Source: an uncultured bacterium | GTDB lineage: Bacteria > UBA8481 | Direction of reading: 5' to 3' | Assembly: GCA_964499705.1 (NCBI GenBank) | Contig: CAZCME010000029.1 | Location: 1 to 34,439 of the forward strand | Length of the DNA stretch: 34,439 bases | Shown: one piece after another, positions 34,380 to 34,439 of the stretch | How the letters are laid out: each line of letters starts with the position of its first letter | How positions within the stretch are numbered: the stretch's first letter is position 1 | Position numbers and translations under genes: made by a program | The notes under the pieces: model-generated | The model's database searches: none | Seen by the model: only the letters and a program-made list of their open reading frames with translations | Told to the model about the DNA's origin: nothing

Positions 34380-34439
34380 TCTTCGGAGAGTTTGATCCTG
34401 GCTCAGAACGAACGCTGGCGGCGCGCTTAACACATGCAA
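34380..34439 (+). rRNA. rrs: 16S rRNA, 5' end (partial)
   Basis: AGAGTTTGATCCTGGCTCAG (27F site, from 34387) followed by AACGAACGCTGGCGGCGCGCTTAACACATGCAA. Confidence 0.98.

Noticed and set aside
33844-34439. Short ORFs in the rRNA leader and the antisense ORF at 34251-34439
   Set aside because: They overlap the rrn promoter, leader and 16S; typical spurious translations.

Overview
GC-rich (about 63-65% by eye) chromosomal window from a flagellated, peptidoglycan-making, probably diderm bacterium. In order: (i) a minus-strand module of a GAF-PP2C-HATPase fusion, a STAS protein and an MlaE-type ABC permease that carries an in-frame TAG; (ii) a divergent flagellar hook cluster behind a sigma-28-like promoter, flgD-flgE1-fliK-TIGR02530-like-flgE2, with two giant hook paralogs (851 and 1119 aa) containing repeated beta-modules that resemble phage/eCIS baseplate repeats, and structured leaders; (iii) iscS/nifS-iscU-like; (iv) a dcw cluster from mraZ to ftsQ that lacks ftsI and ftsA/ftsZ; (v) a minus-strand secretion-like locus with two paralogous signal-peptide proteins sharing an unrecognised ~300-aa domain (one ending in a FlgD-Ig/T9SS-like sorting domain) and a PorV/PorQ-like barrel with an extra C-terminal domain; (vi) an rRNA promoter, leader and the first ~60 nt of 16S rRNA. 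Three families of short palindromic (REP/MITE-like) elements occur. One is nested inside another, one overlaps an RBS/start and a stop codon, and one is translated in frame as a protein's signal-peptide region. Family assignments come from motif recognition by eye, not database searches.
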